A DNA stretch of 63,988 nucleotides, the filler included, from Gonapodya sp. JEL0774 (Eukaryota), in the NCBI GenBank assembly GCA_027604505.1. It is 8 parts of 8 records of this genome, joined end to end, with 100 filler letters (N's around TTAATTAATTAA, not from the genome) between each part and the next. Parts side by side here need not be neighbours in the genome. Positions count along the whole stretch, not along the records: positions 1 to 8,115 come from JADIIX010000471.1; positions 8,216 to 16,330 come from JADIIX010000472.1; 6 more parts are not named here. One strand, written 5' to 3'. The stretch's first letter is position 1, and every line of letters begins with the position of its first letter. The notes below the pieces were generated by a model. It was not told where the DNA came from and made no database searches. It saw nothing but the letters and a program-made list of their open reading frames with translations. This document shows, one piece after another, positions 1-11,284 of this stretch. Both the position numbers and the translations under genes were made by a program.

Positions 1-2525
1 TTCGAGGTGCTCGAATCTGGACTGCCTATGGTCAAAATCCGACTGCCGATGTGATCGTGATCTCGGAAACTGGTAGAATTCTGGAGGTGGGAAGTGCAGG
101 TGAGTGTTCATCAAACCGATATGCGGAATCGGAACCAATTGCATAGTTTTGACCCCGAGCTGTGCTTTGCCCGACACAGAATCTGCAATGAAAACCAGCG
201 GTGCAGACAAGGCGGAAGTCATCGATCTCACAGGGCGTGTGATACTGCCAGGATTTGTGGAGCCCCATATGGTGAGAGGTTTCGGCGTGTCTGTTACTCA
301 CAAGAGTTTGGGTTGATATATCCATGGATCTTTATCGCAAATATCATTATATGCTTTGAGATAGCATCCTACATTCGGTGCGGCAGTTCTTGCTCAGTTT
401 CTGGACGTTTATGTGAGAATTTGATCGTTGGCGCTGGCCACCGAGCTCGAAGTGATGAAGGAGTACTCCATACTCCACCCCACTATAAATCAGCCATTCA
501 CTGTCAAGGATATCGATCACGTCTTATCTGTTCTTCGTGCCAGATGCGAGGAAATGGATGGGCAGGGACTTCCAAACTCTGAATGGTGGGGAGAAGTTTG
601 CCGTTCTGGTTTCCGACCACGTTCCTAGAATTATCGCTGCCACGGCTTCTCATCTGGCTTATTGCGTAACACAGGGTGTGGGCTTTCGGCTTCGATCAAG
701 CTTTGACTCCTCCGTGTCGCCCTCTACTTGTGGAGGACTTGGACAAAGTCAGCACGACCAGACCCATTTTCATCATTAGTAACACTGGTGAGAACCACGA
801 ATTTGCTCATTTACGAAAACTCTGCTTACTGACCTTTGGCCATTACAAGTACACACCGGCTATGCGAACTCGGCAGCTTTTGCTGCAGCGTCTATCACGG
901 CGTCCTCTCCTGGCCTCCCGGGAGGGGGTGAGTTCCTCAAAACGACCTCGGGGTCTCTTTCTGGTGTTGTTGTGGAGTCCGCCTTGGGTCCTTTCCTGGC
1001 TTTCCAACCCAAACTAAACTCCGAAGAGTATTCTGGGGCCTTATTGAACTTCCTGATGAAGGCAAGCAAAAAGGGTGTAACGACGATTGTCGATGCTGCC
1101 ATGAAACTTGAGCTACCGGAAGGGTCGGAAAACCTTTTGGATGGAATGGTCGGAGTGAGTTTTATATCTCAAATTTATTTACGTCCGGTGTTCGATTGTT
1201 TTAGAAAGATAAAGCCTCAATGTCCTCATTTTCGAAATCAAGGCCTACGTGCAACTCGACAAGTCCGACCTTCTTCCAACCCGTGTGTCTCTGTCGCCCA
1301 CATACCCTTACCTTGACCAAGTCGTGTCTGTTGCCGCTCGGATGGGTCGCCAGAAAGCTCCGGGCCACGTTGTCTACCTGTCCGAAAACACGGACATGGT
1401 CTCCTTCCACGCTATCAAATTTGTACTAGACGGTACCAACCAGACAATGACCGCTGCGCAAACTGTACCATACATAAATGGAGATGGAACAAACAAGGGA
1501 GAGATGAACCATCCTGACACAGAGAAATTGATTCACATCGTCAAAAAAGTCCGAGAAGCTGGTTTCTGTAAGTAGCCCATATACAATTGGGGTTGATTTC
1601 TTATCGGATCTCGATCCCTGACAGTCATTTTGATTTAGCTTCGATGTTCCATGCCAACGGTGACGCAGCCCTCGATCAAGCCCTAGAAACATACGAAAGA
1701 GTTTATGGGAGGGTTGCACCTGAGAATGCATATACGGGGAGCGGTTTCCGTGGCCGAATCGAACACTGCACTATCACTCGCGAAGAGCAGGTGACCTTCT
1801 TGGCGTCCACGAGCGTGGTCTGTCGCGCGAAATGACTAATTTTCCGATTCCACGACCTTGATACTTAGATCGCTCGCATGAAAGCACTCAACGTCATTCC
1901 CTCGTTCTTGATGCAGCATCTCCTGTATTGGGGCTCGCGATACCATGACGTCAGCTTGGGTCCAGCCCGTGCATCTAGGATGGACCCCGCGGGAGATTGC
2001 GTTAAGTACGGGATTCCTTGGAGTATGCACTGCGGTGAGCTGCCATTTTTGTGTTCTCTTCCGAGCAAACTCTGTTATGACAGTATCCTGCTCTGACCCA
2101 ATTTCCAATTATACTATCCACCTCCGTTATTTAGACATGCCCGTCACTCCTGTGCAACCGCTTCAGTACATCACCACCGCCGTCACCCGCACAAACTTCT
2201 ATGACGGGAAGGTAATTGGTCCGGAACAGTGCGTCTCTGTCGAGGAATCACTCAAGTCCGTGACGATCTACTCCGCCATACAATGCGGGCTTGCGGATAT
2301 TTGTGGTAGTCTCGAAGTGGGGAAGAGCGCGGATCTTGTCGTGCTTGACGCCGACCCATTGCAAGTTGACCCCAGTAAGATCAAGGTGAGTGTATTGTGT
2401 TTGTGTAGGCAGCGCAGCTGGAGCGTTTATGATACATTGAACTATTCCCTGGCTCTTTGGAAACCCAGGATATCATTATTGAAGAGACATGGATCGCCGG
2501 AAAGCGGATACTCCACCTCATGTAG
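1..2525 (+). CDS. Metal-dependent amidohydrolase, YtcJ-like (Amidohydro_3); multi-exon, 5' end truncated by the window edge
   Basis: Exons encode VIDLTGRVILPGFVEPHM|HPT (HxH split by an intron), IKFVLDG..TAA, MFHANGDAALD, RGRIEHC, MHC|DMPVTPVQPL and GSLEVGKSADLVVLDADPL. Stop TAG at 2523-2525. Confidence 0.9.
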
Positions 2526-2694
2526 CTCAGTCTGGGCAAAGATCCCGATAGGTTTCGGATGCCAGAGCAGTTCCAAAATACATTTTGAAAACCTCGAAGT
2601 AGTGTTTTGATCTTGATTCTCCCGCGGTTTCCTGCCGACTCCCATCCACACACTTGTCGCACCAGGCCGAAATTTTCAACCACCTACAAATCTC

Positions 2695-5516
2695 ATGGCG
2701 AATCGCAGCATCACGGACGTCCTACCGCCTGAGCTTCTCACGAGAATTCTAACTTTTCTTCGGGCATCGGATATCGGACGCATCGCTCAGAGTTGCAGGG
2801 TCTTTTGTGACGTTTCTCGCGAATCGACACTGTGGAGCTCGCTTGTGATTGCAGGAGTAGTACTGGACGTTCCAAAAGGCCGTCTATCGAGCCAAAATGA
2901 TAATCCAGACGACGATGAAGAGAACATTTTCGGCGATACGGCTGACATATGGCCCTCTGTGACCAGATTGTCCGCGTCTCTGCGATGGCCAAAGACCATG
3001 CACCTTCCCGCGCAACTTGAACCGCCACCATTTGAGACGCTCGGGCAGGTGATTGGCAGCAGCAGCGGCTCAGAGTCTGACGGGAGGAGCGCTCCGGATG
3101 AAGACGTCCTCGAGCGACGCTACCCAACCACCCCGATCGCTGTGTCACTTCACGACGTCATCACACCAGGAACAGAACGGGAGCTGTTTCGCGCTTTATG
3201 TGAGCTCACGAGCGCTTGCTCTGTTTCACGAATGCGCACATATGAAACGTCGTTTTACACTGCTTCTGCAAAACAGACGCTTTAACGACAAACCCACCGC
3301 TTCCTGTCGACATTATCTCACTCGGAGCGTTTGCATCCTCAACTGACGACCCCTCACAATCTATTGCGCGGACACTGGACCAGTCTGTCTTCTCGTTTTG
3401 GTCTTCCACAGGATCTCATCTGTCGGAGCCTGGCCTCGCTCCTCGCGAGACTCTAATATACCAATTCCTGGGACCATCATCTGTGCAGGAGGTATCAGTG
3501 CACTGGTTTACAGCCTTGTTCCAACCGGGAACTCCTTGGTACGGTCCGAAATGGGTCCAGTTTTCCATTGGGCTTCATGCTCAGCGTGACAGCGAGAATA
3601 CAACGGTCGGTGGCGGTCAAGAACAAGACGAGTCAGCTCGTCGTCTACCTGCACACTATGTCTCCCCTTGTATTCGCGTGGAGGAGAGGCAGGGTGAGTA
3701 TTTGTTCCCGCCATAGCTTCGGAGGGTCTACATTCGCAACTTCATTCACAAGTTTGACTTTCACCACGTTTCATGATAGCCGTCACAGTTTTCCGTCCAC
3801 CTATACTCGTTGCAGGATGTTACTTGCGTATCGACATGTTCGGTCGTGTTGGAAAGCAGCCTTCGGATTCTTTGCTTTATGTCGTGGTTGGCAAGGTGGA
3901 ATGCCTTGGATGGCCCGGTGAGCTTGGACACTTTCACCGCCGCCAAAAGTTGCGTTGTGTGACATATTCCATTCAAAACCTCTCCACAAAGTCTCAAGAA
4001 GGGCATCAGTGTTCAACGACGAAGCCCCACATCCTTATGAAACTGTTCTCGTACCTGCAATACAGCGCGTACACCGACTCCTCACTGCTACAAGTGCTTC
4101 CTACCAAGTTGACAATGACAGGTCAGGTGCCGATTGGTTCGGTTGGTTGCTGAATTGGAATATCTTTTCTGAACGACGCGATGCCACTGCGACCTTGGTA
4201 AGAGGGATTCGAGGAGCTCTACGCATGATAGACGAGGCTCGCTCCGCGGAGAGTTTGGAGCACAGACGAGAACTGTGGCTTTCTGCCGCTGGGAAAGTGG
4301 TGCAGGTGCGTTGTTTGGTCGGGACTTTGTTCTGATTTGGTTTTTTTTTTGAATGCGTTGATATTAAAGTTGCGCCACATTGCGGTTGTGCACATGAAAG
4401 CTTCCCAAAACAGTGCGCTCCACGCACCTCCTCCCCCGGTTCCTTTCCGCTCGCAAGCGTGAGCTGCATCGTCTGAGGACGGTTCTGGAGCAAACCACCT
4501 CCGGAGACAGCACTGCAAAGCCGTCCACGCTGTTTGAGAAACTCCGCAGCTTGAACAACAGAGGTCACCCATCTTTCGATCCCGCTCGACCGGTTCAACT
4601 GTCACCGGAGGACGACCCGACCGAGTACTACTTCAGGATGGTGGCGAATTCGGGGCAAGATCTTGATGAGCGAGAAGGAGTGGCTATGGGTGAGGATACC
4701 TGAATTCGTCATTTGGAGGAGTGTACGAGACTGATCGAGGGTCGACGCTTACGCATGACACTGCGCGGTCATTTGGCATGATTTTTAACTTCATTTGCGC
4801 CCAGTCCGTCTGATAACGTCGCATCCGACGTTCAACGCAACGCACTCCACCCGCCTTGTAACTTCACCCATGGGCGCCAGGTTCCATCGGCTCCTATCAG
4901 AGGGCAGAGTGCACTGCGGGTTGGAACTGGGTCAGGTGCTTTGGGATGCAGGGGACCGAAAGACCGCGTCGGCGGTGTGGTTTAGGGGAAATGTTGTGGA
5001 CAAGGTTTGTCGTCCATCAGATGAGATGTGGCGGGCGCAGAGTACTGACGGGCGATCGCTCGCACACACTCTCAACAGATTATCTTTTCATTACTTCGTC
5101 TCCACTCTTACGCCTCCCTTGTGCAATACATCCTCGTGTCGCTCCCGTCCCCTGCAACTGAGATCGCCAACATCACCGGCGACCTGGCAGCCGAACGAGG
5201 CTACCGAGCTGCTTCCCGATTCGCCGCAACCGCCATCAATGTGGACTGGACGTTGAGGACTGCGGTGTGTGAAGCGTTGGGATTGGATGTGGGGGAGTTG
5301 GAGAGCAGGGCGCGGAGTGGAAATTCGAGCAGTGGTTTATTCAGTGGCCCGCTGTCGTCGCTTTTGGGTGGATCGGGGATTGCGATGACGAAAGAAGTGG
5401 AGCTTTGGATGGTCGAAGAGGGAGCGCGACGGGACATGATGGATGGGAGAAAGCAGTTGGAAGGTGATATTGACGATGAGCTGGCGACCGAATCAACTGA
5501 AGATGCATGGTCTTGA
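2695..5516 (+). CDS. F-box protein with an At4g00755-like domain and a C-terminal clathrin-heavy-chain-linker-like segment; multi-exon
   Basis: N-terminal F-box LPPELLTRILTFL..SCRVF..LW. After intron 3200-3276: ASSTDDPSQSIARTL..FWSSTGS..ETLIYQF..FTALFQPGTPWYGPKWVQFSIG, later PILVAGCYLRIDMFGRVGKQPSDSLLYV. C-terminal exon boundaries are approximate. Confidence 0.75.
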
Positions 5517-5888
5517 GAACGGGTTGATGACCGTAGAATACACGTAAGCCTTTCAAGTCGCATCGGGAGTTTTTAATTCATGGATTTGTATAATGTACTT
5601 GGATCGAATCCTTCATATCTTGGGCACGAGTCGTTATCAGTTACTGTCCCAATTCAATAAATAGTACACATTCGTTTGGAATCCAAACTTGTGACTCTAG
5701 ACTCGGTTGTTTGGCTTCAAATTCGCGAATCTGACATCCTCATTCACACGACTTCTACCCGAGGTCAATCCCTGGGCGAGCAGTTCAGACGGCGCGGGAA
5801 GACAGCATTCGGGTGCTAGTACGCACAAAGGCTGAGTGAGCTTGGGAATTGCAAAACTCTATCTGTAGGTCTTGGTGGAGGAAACGGC

Positions 5889-5894
5889 AAAAAA
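5889..5894 (-). terminator. Pol III oligo-T terminator of the tRNA-Lys gene
   Basis: T6 on the minus strand immediately after the discriminator base. Confidence 0.8.
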
Positions 5895-5976
5895 CGCCCT
5901 CCGGGGGACTCGAACCCCCAACCTTGTGATGACTTCACGTAAAAGTCACACGCTCTACCGATTGAGCTAGGAAGGC
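5895..5976 (-). tRNA. tRNA-Lys(UUU) with a 9-nt intron at position 37/38
   Basis: Minus strand: GCCTTCC-TA-GCTCAATCGGTAGAGC-G-TGTGA-CTTTTA[CGTGAAGTC]A-TCACA-AGGTT-GGGGGTTCGAGTCCCCC-GGAGGGC-G. All four stems pair; 73+9 nt. Confidence 0.95.
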
Positions 5977-6404
5977 CTAGGCTATCGACTCAAAGTGCTG
6001 TTTGGCAGTATCAATATATTTTTATTGGAGCACTTTTCAAATCATGACTCACTGCCAAATCGAGATTTCAAATTGCAACATATTTTCCACTTGCCGAAAG
6101 GACAATCAGAGAAAGTACGGTATTCTTAATAAATGCCGACATCAAAGCTCCACCATTTCTAATTTTGCCCTCCCAAGTATTGTGCGATGGGGACCGGGGA
6201 GAGGTAAAGAAATTTAAGCAGTTGGGACTCGCCCAGTTCTGATTCTTTTGGGAACGTAACAAGAAGAAAAGATGGACATTTGAGACAGAAGAAGAGCCAA
6301 TGTTGATGGCATGGCTGGGAGAACGAGAGGGGAGAGGACAAAAGAGTGTGGATGTGGCGGGTACATACGGAGGGTGGAAAGGGGAAAGGGGAAAGGGTTC
6401 AATG

Positions 6405-6454
6405 TTTTAAGTGAAGTCATCATAAGGTTGGGGTTTTGAGTCCGCCGAAGGGCA
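6405..6454 (+). pseudogene. Inverted 3'-half copy of the neighbouring tRNA-Lys gene, intron retained
   Basis: ttttaagtgaagtcatcataaggttggggttttgagtccgccgaagggca matches the anticodon loop-intron-T arm-acceptor 3' strand at 43/50 nt by manual alignment. The 5' half is absent and the T-loop TTCG has become TTTG. Confidence 0.85.
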
Positions 6455-6758
6455 CTCTTTTCGATGTTGCCTGTTGACTTCAGCGCAATAAGTACGTAGT
6501 TGCATTGTACTGGTGCTGCAGCAGTTCCGGTCGCCGCGCTCTTCTGAGCACCGATTGAGCAAGGAAGGCTTATCAGTTATCACCGCTATTACATAACGAG
6601 GAAACTCTCTGCTTTGGACATCATGGATGTTCAGTAGGTCGTTCTACTCCTTAATCACACTTCCATCCGCACACTAATGGATCAGCTCACTTCTAAGGTG
6701 AGGGTTCTGTAAACTATTCTGATGCCAATCCACATACATGATAAAATTTATAATTTAT

Positions 6759-8115
6759 CTAATATTGCGTCATTGCTGCATGTTGCTTTTTACCCCACAA
6801 AAATCCTGCAGATAAGATAACAGTCCAGGCTGTGAAGGCAGTGGTGAGAGCTAGGAGGAAGGCAATGTAGGCTGACGCATCAAGCCCAGAGAATTGGAGA
6901 ATTTCTGAGACAGGCAGAATATAGGTGGCGGATTGGAACACGGACCCATGAATGAGTGCTCCCAATCAACAATAAGAAATTCAGCTCATGTCTCACCCAT
7001 AGCTTGCTCATGTGCCCCAGCCAAGAGCAACCCTCCACAGATGACAGTCCACAATGCAATTAAATCCCATGCTGCACCCTTCCTCCCTCGAACCAAGCCA
7101 CCTGTCGCCCCATGTGACCCATTAGCAACCCACACCACCCTCAATAAGCCTGCAAAGACCAGGGCCCATCCAAAGTAGGAGTGAATGCCAACTGCTGCCT
7201 GTCTCTCCTGGGCATCATGTAGAGTCATGTGAAACCCAATGAGGGACAGAGAAAGGCCTGGGAATGGGTTCAAAGAGTGGGAGGTTGACAGATGAAATGC
7301 AAGGGAAATGAAAGACGTTGAGAGGGTCAGAAGAGCTGAAGCCTATGTTTGGTTGGGAGCCATGCAAATGTTAATTCTCGAGAGCTTGCTCTTTGAAGGA
7401 GTTGGATAAAGTAGAGAAGAACTCAAAATTCACCATATGCTGCTGTTGCATCATGTCCATGACTGGTCGGTACTCCGTGACTATCTCAATCACACCCATG
7501 AGAGCCAAGAGTATTGTTTCGACTCGCTGTTCATGCCTGACGGACCGCAATTCCGCGTCATTGCCACGGTCATCAAAAACGCCACCGTTCGATGATTCAA
7601 TGTGGGTATCCAACTTGTCGAGTGGAGAGTAGGAGGTGTGGCGGTTGACAGTTTGTGACGGAGAAGTTGGAAGGAGTCGCCGCGAGAGTTCCCAGCAGCC
7701 AAGAGAAACAAGAACGCCGCCCTTGACAAAGTGGGCCTGCCAGGAGATAGGGCGATGACGTTTGTGAGAATGGGAGCTTGGGACTCCGGATGTTCACAGC
7801 CTTTTCTTCACATGAACAACGCACCACGCACTGCGGGAAGTAGTTTCCATCATCCCAAAAGCACCATCGTCGCAACGCAATGATCCCCAGAGTTGCTACG
7901 ACGATGGGATATACCAACAGTGTCCGAGAGATTGCTCGGACTGCTTTGTCAAGGCCGACAGTAGTTGTGACAATCCGGGATGATTCCGAATGATCACGTT
8001 GAAGACTGGTCCACCGAGCGAGGTTGAGAAGTGTGGTCGATTTCGCATCTTGACCGTGTAGCGTAGAAGAGCTTGTCAAGCTGGAACTCTCGTGGCCGTC
8101 AAGGGAAATGACTTC
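6759..8115 (-). CDS. Ytp1-like multi-pass membrane protein; multi-exon, 5' part cut by contig end
   Basis: NPFPGLSLSLIGFHMTLH..IHSYFGWALVFAGLLRVV..ICGGLLLAGA resembles the Ytp1 C-terminal TM block; the other exons are hydrophobic. Confidence 0.6.
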
Positions 8116-8215
8116 NNNNNNNNNNNNNNNNNNNNNNNNNNNNNNNNNNNNNNNNNNNNTTAATTAATTAANNNNNNNNNNNNNNNNNNNNNNNNNNNNN
8201 NNNNNNNNNNNNNNN
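8116..8215. other. Artificial contig spacer (first of seven; others at 16331-16430, 24509-24608, 32613-32712, 40708-40807, 48784-48883, 56831-56930)
   Basis: Identical 100-nt N-run/TTAATTAATTAA/N-run linkers with stops in all frames. Internal contig lengths fall monotonically: 8115, 8078, 8004, 7995, 7976, 7947. Confidence 0.98.
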
Positions 8216-8679
8216 ACCGAGCGACTCTCAGTAAAGGGTTCACGTATTATCAATTCAGAAAATTCTTAATGGATCGTGTTGCGCAAGGACATGTGGATAT
8301 GAACCAAGTACGGGAAGTCTTCGTTGCGGCTCTTGAAGATGCTGAAGGACAGAAAGAGAAAATAAAGATTGAGAAGAAACTGCGCTGGATCAAGTCCGAG
8401 GAATTTCTTGCGTCGGATAACATAAGCACTTTCCGAGGCCCTAAGTTGGAGGCGGCTTTTGACCTCTTGCTTGAGCCAGTGGTGAGTTAAGCCTGAAGTC
8501 ACCCGTCTTCATTGAGAGTTGATTGTCTAACTATTGCAACGAAGGCACAGGCTCAGCAAAGTCAGGCTCGAAAACGGTCTGATCAAGTCGCAATGAGTGA
8601 GAATGACGAGTCGCTGTCCGACGGTGATGAAAGGCCCAGCAAAAAGACGAGACTGGAAGTGGAGAACAGCGATGAATAG
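8216..8679 (+). CDS. 3' end of an unidentified protein gene (two exons)
   Basis: Open frame ..FTYYQFRKFLMDRV..LLEPV, a GTGAGT donor, then an acidic/basic tail ERPSKKTRLEVENSDE*. Confidence 0.5.
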
Positions 8680-9472
8680 GAGTGATGTTGATTCTCCCAC
8701 TCAATTTAGTTTTCATTTTTGAAGTATTGCTCTGGCATGGACAATTATCGACGAACTTATTCTAATGTGGGATGGTATACTGCATTTCAAGAGTCAAACT
8801 GCGCCACAGAAATAAATTTTGATATGTTTGTCGTATGGGTATGAGTTCGCCTCTGCCGTCATAAGCGTTGCTGTCTTGGAATAATGTTATGTTCTCGAAT
8901 TTCCAAACATTATATAATATGCCACGACATTTTGTGGCGTGCACGGATTGCGGACCCAGCCTCGGGAAACGTGACCACCTGACCCTCAATCGCGTAAGGG
9001 ATATGCGACAAGCATCGACGAAAATTACCAACGGTTCTTCCTTGTCGCCACCTTCCATCGCAATTCTCGACTTGCCATCGCCTTGCAGAGCGGCTCCCTT
9101 AAACTCCTTAGTAAAAGCACCAAACAGCAGTAGCAAGCGAACTCTCGATAGCAGAGTGCTCCCACGGAGACCGGACAGTTAGCACACTCGGACTTTGCCT
9201 TCATCAGGTCCGTGCATCGATGGGTCCCGTGGCGCTCTTGGTTTTGCCTCGGTCCCTCTTCTGGAAGCAGATAATCGGAGGCTCCTTGAGCGGATGGGCA
9301 ATCCTTTGTCACTTGCCCCTCTCACTTCCATTCTAACTAACTTGGATACATCAGACTCGCGAAACATTGACTTGACCTAAACCGACGTATTCTCTCTTCG
9401 CAGAACCTTTGCTTCTTCCATCTCCACACCCCCTCACCCTCCCGTCTGGCACCTCAAACTAGGCCAAACCGA

Positions 9473-10903
9473 ATGTACGAAGAAATTCAACAAGCGGCCA
9501 CCTTCTTATCCCGCCACTTCGCCCCACGTCTCTCTGACGAACAAGTTCGCAGGTTCATAGACAGACTTTCGGAGCTTCTCGCCGAGAGATATGCCCACCA
9601 TTGGTATCCACAGTTGCCCTCCAAGGTAGGCTGAAAGCGGATGAACAAGAAGCTCTATTGTGCAAGGAACAGATGCTTCGGGATGTTCGTCCACTCTTGC
9701 GAGTGGATGCATTCACCTTCGGACCACTGCGCGGCGCCTTTGGACAATCATATGGACTCACATGCTATTCGAGATAGTGTTTCGCCTACTCGCGCACGTT
9801 CAACAATGTGGCCCGCACTTTCTAATGTGGACCCCCTATTTCGCCTCGCTGTGCGTCGTCTATCCAGGGAAACGCATTTCGTTCGGTGTCAACATTCCAC
9901 GGACGGCCAGACCCTGCTATCCTCGCAGCCCTCGAAAGCATCCGGGATTCCACATCAGATACCGATATAATGGAACTTGCGGAACTATTACCCGGGGAGT
10001 TGGTTATCTGGATAGGTGAGTTCTTCGACGGCATGTCCTTCACTTACGGGCCCAGGAGGAGGTCCTCCAGGAACGGAGCCGAGGGGGGAGGTATAGTTGG
10101 GTGCGTGGTTATAAGCCACCAAAAGATGTACAAGGGTAGGGAATACGCGCTAGCTTACTATTGTCGAGCACGTACTCGAAGCCTGAAGGTTTCCTGGTTC
10201 GGGCCTCATTCCTGCTCTTCGCGCCTTCTACCCAGACCCCCACTCAGTAGTCTATCGCATCTCTGATCGCGGAAACACAGTTGTTATCTATGAGCGCCGT
10301 CAGGCTCTCGAGTTTGAACGGCGCCTCGCTGGCAGAGGGATAACCGTTTCTGCCGGTCCCCGATCGGACGCACAAGGATCTTCGCCATCGGAAACGCCGG
10401 TTTCGAGTGCATTCCAAGGCTCGGAACGGAACCTGTTGCACCTTCAGCAACCTCCTTCGCGATTCCGTTCCGACGAGGATGCCTTTGGCATCGGCCAACT
10501 TCCACCAAGCTTCTTCCCCAACTCTGCTCCTACCACGTCTATCAGCTCGCCCTCCTCGTTCATGCGCCACCCTTCATTGTCGTACCCGTCCAATAGCGCA
10601 TCCGCCATGAGCAGCGATCACGCCTCTGACTCTGACTCCTCTTCGCACGACGCAACCCTTGCGGGGTCGGAAATGTTTGGAGGGTCCAGTCCAGCCATGT
10701 CCCACGCTACGGCTGGATCATTTGCCGTTACTCGCTCCTCATCCGGTCCTGGGATTCAGGGAACGGCCGGAATGTCTGGCAAGGACACATGGGGAGAGAT
10801 GGCTTGGTTGGACGGAAAAGGCACAGTCAGAGTTGCAGCACCGGCGGCGTCGGGTGCTTGGACGACGCAGGCGCCGTGGGAGGAGGATTGGCGAGCCGTT
10901 TAA
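9473..10903 (+). CDS. BTG/Tob (APRO) family protein, 3 exons (9473-9625, 9868-10015, 10236-10903), ~322 aa
   Basis: MYEEIQQAATFLSRHF..LAERYAHHWYPQLPSK|GNAFRSV (Box A) and LPGELVIWI|DPHSVVYRISDRG (Box B). GT-AG introns have consistent phase. Exon 1 is missing from the ORF track. Confidence 0.9.
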
Positions 10904-11284
10904 GTGGAGGAGATGGGTAGTCTTCCGTTCGTTTGTACCGCTCGCCAAGTCTGTATATACTGTAGCTTGTCGGCTTTCAACGTCTCGAGTAGCTTAGTGA
11001 GTTTTTCTTGTACTACTGTTCTTTCCATTTTCTTTCGACAGTGATTAGGATGATCAATGTTTGGGATGTCGTCGAGACCACTGATGGCCGGCCACAGCTG
11101 AGTAAGAATAACTGTGTTGGGACGATGTGCGAGCAACCACTTGGTGTTTAGTTGGCACTCGCATTTCTCAGTTGGCTGCCTCGGCTGCTGCAGGTTAATC
11201 TGCGAATGGTGGGTTGAGGGTACGTACACGATCAACCGCGGCCGATTTCATCAGATCTAGCGACCACCATTAAACTCCCAATTT

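Noticed and set aside
1..2525. Amidohydrolase as a recent bacterial transfer or contamination
   Set aside because: It has many spliceosomal introns and YtcJ-like proteins are known in fungi; any transfer claim needs a phylogeny.
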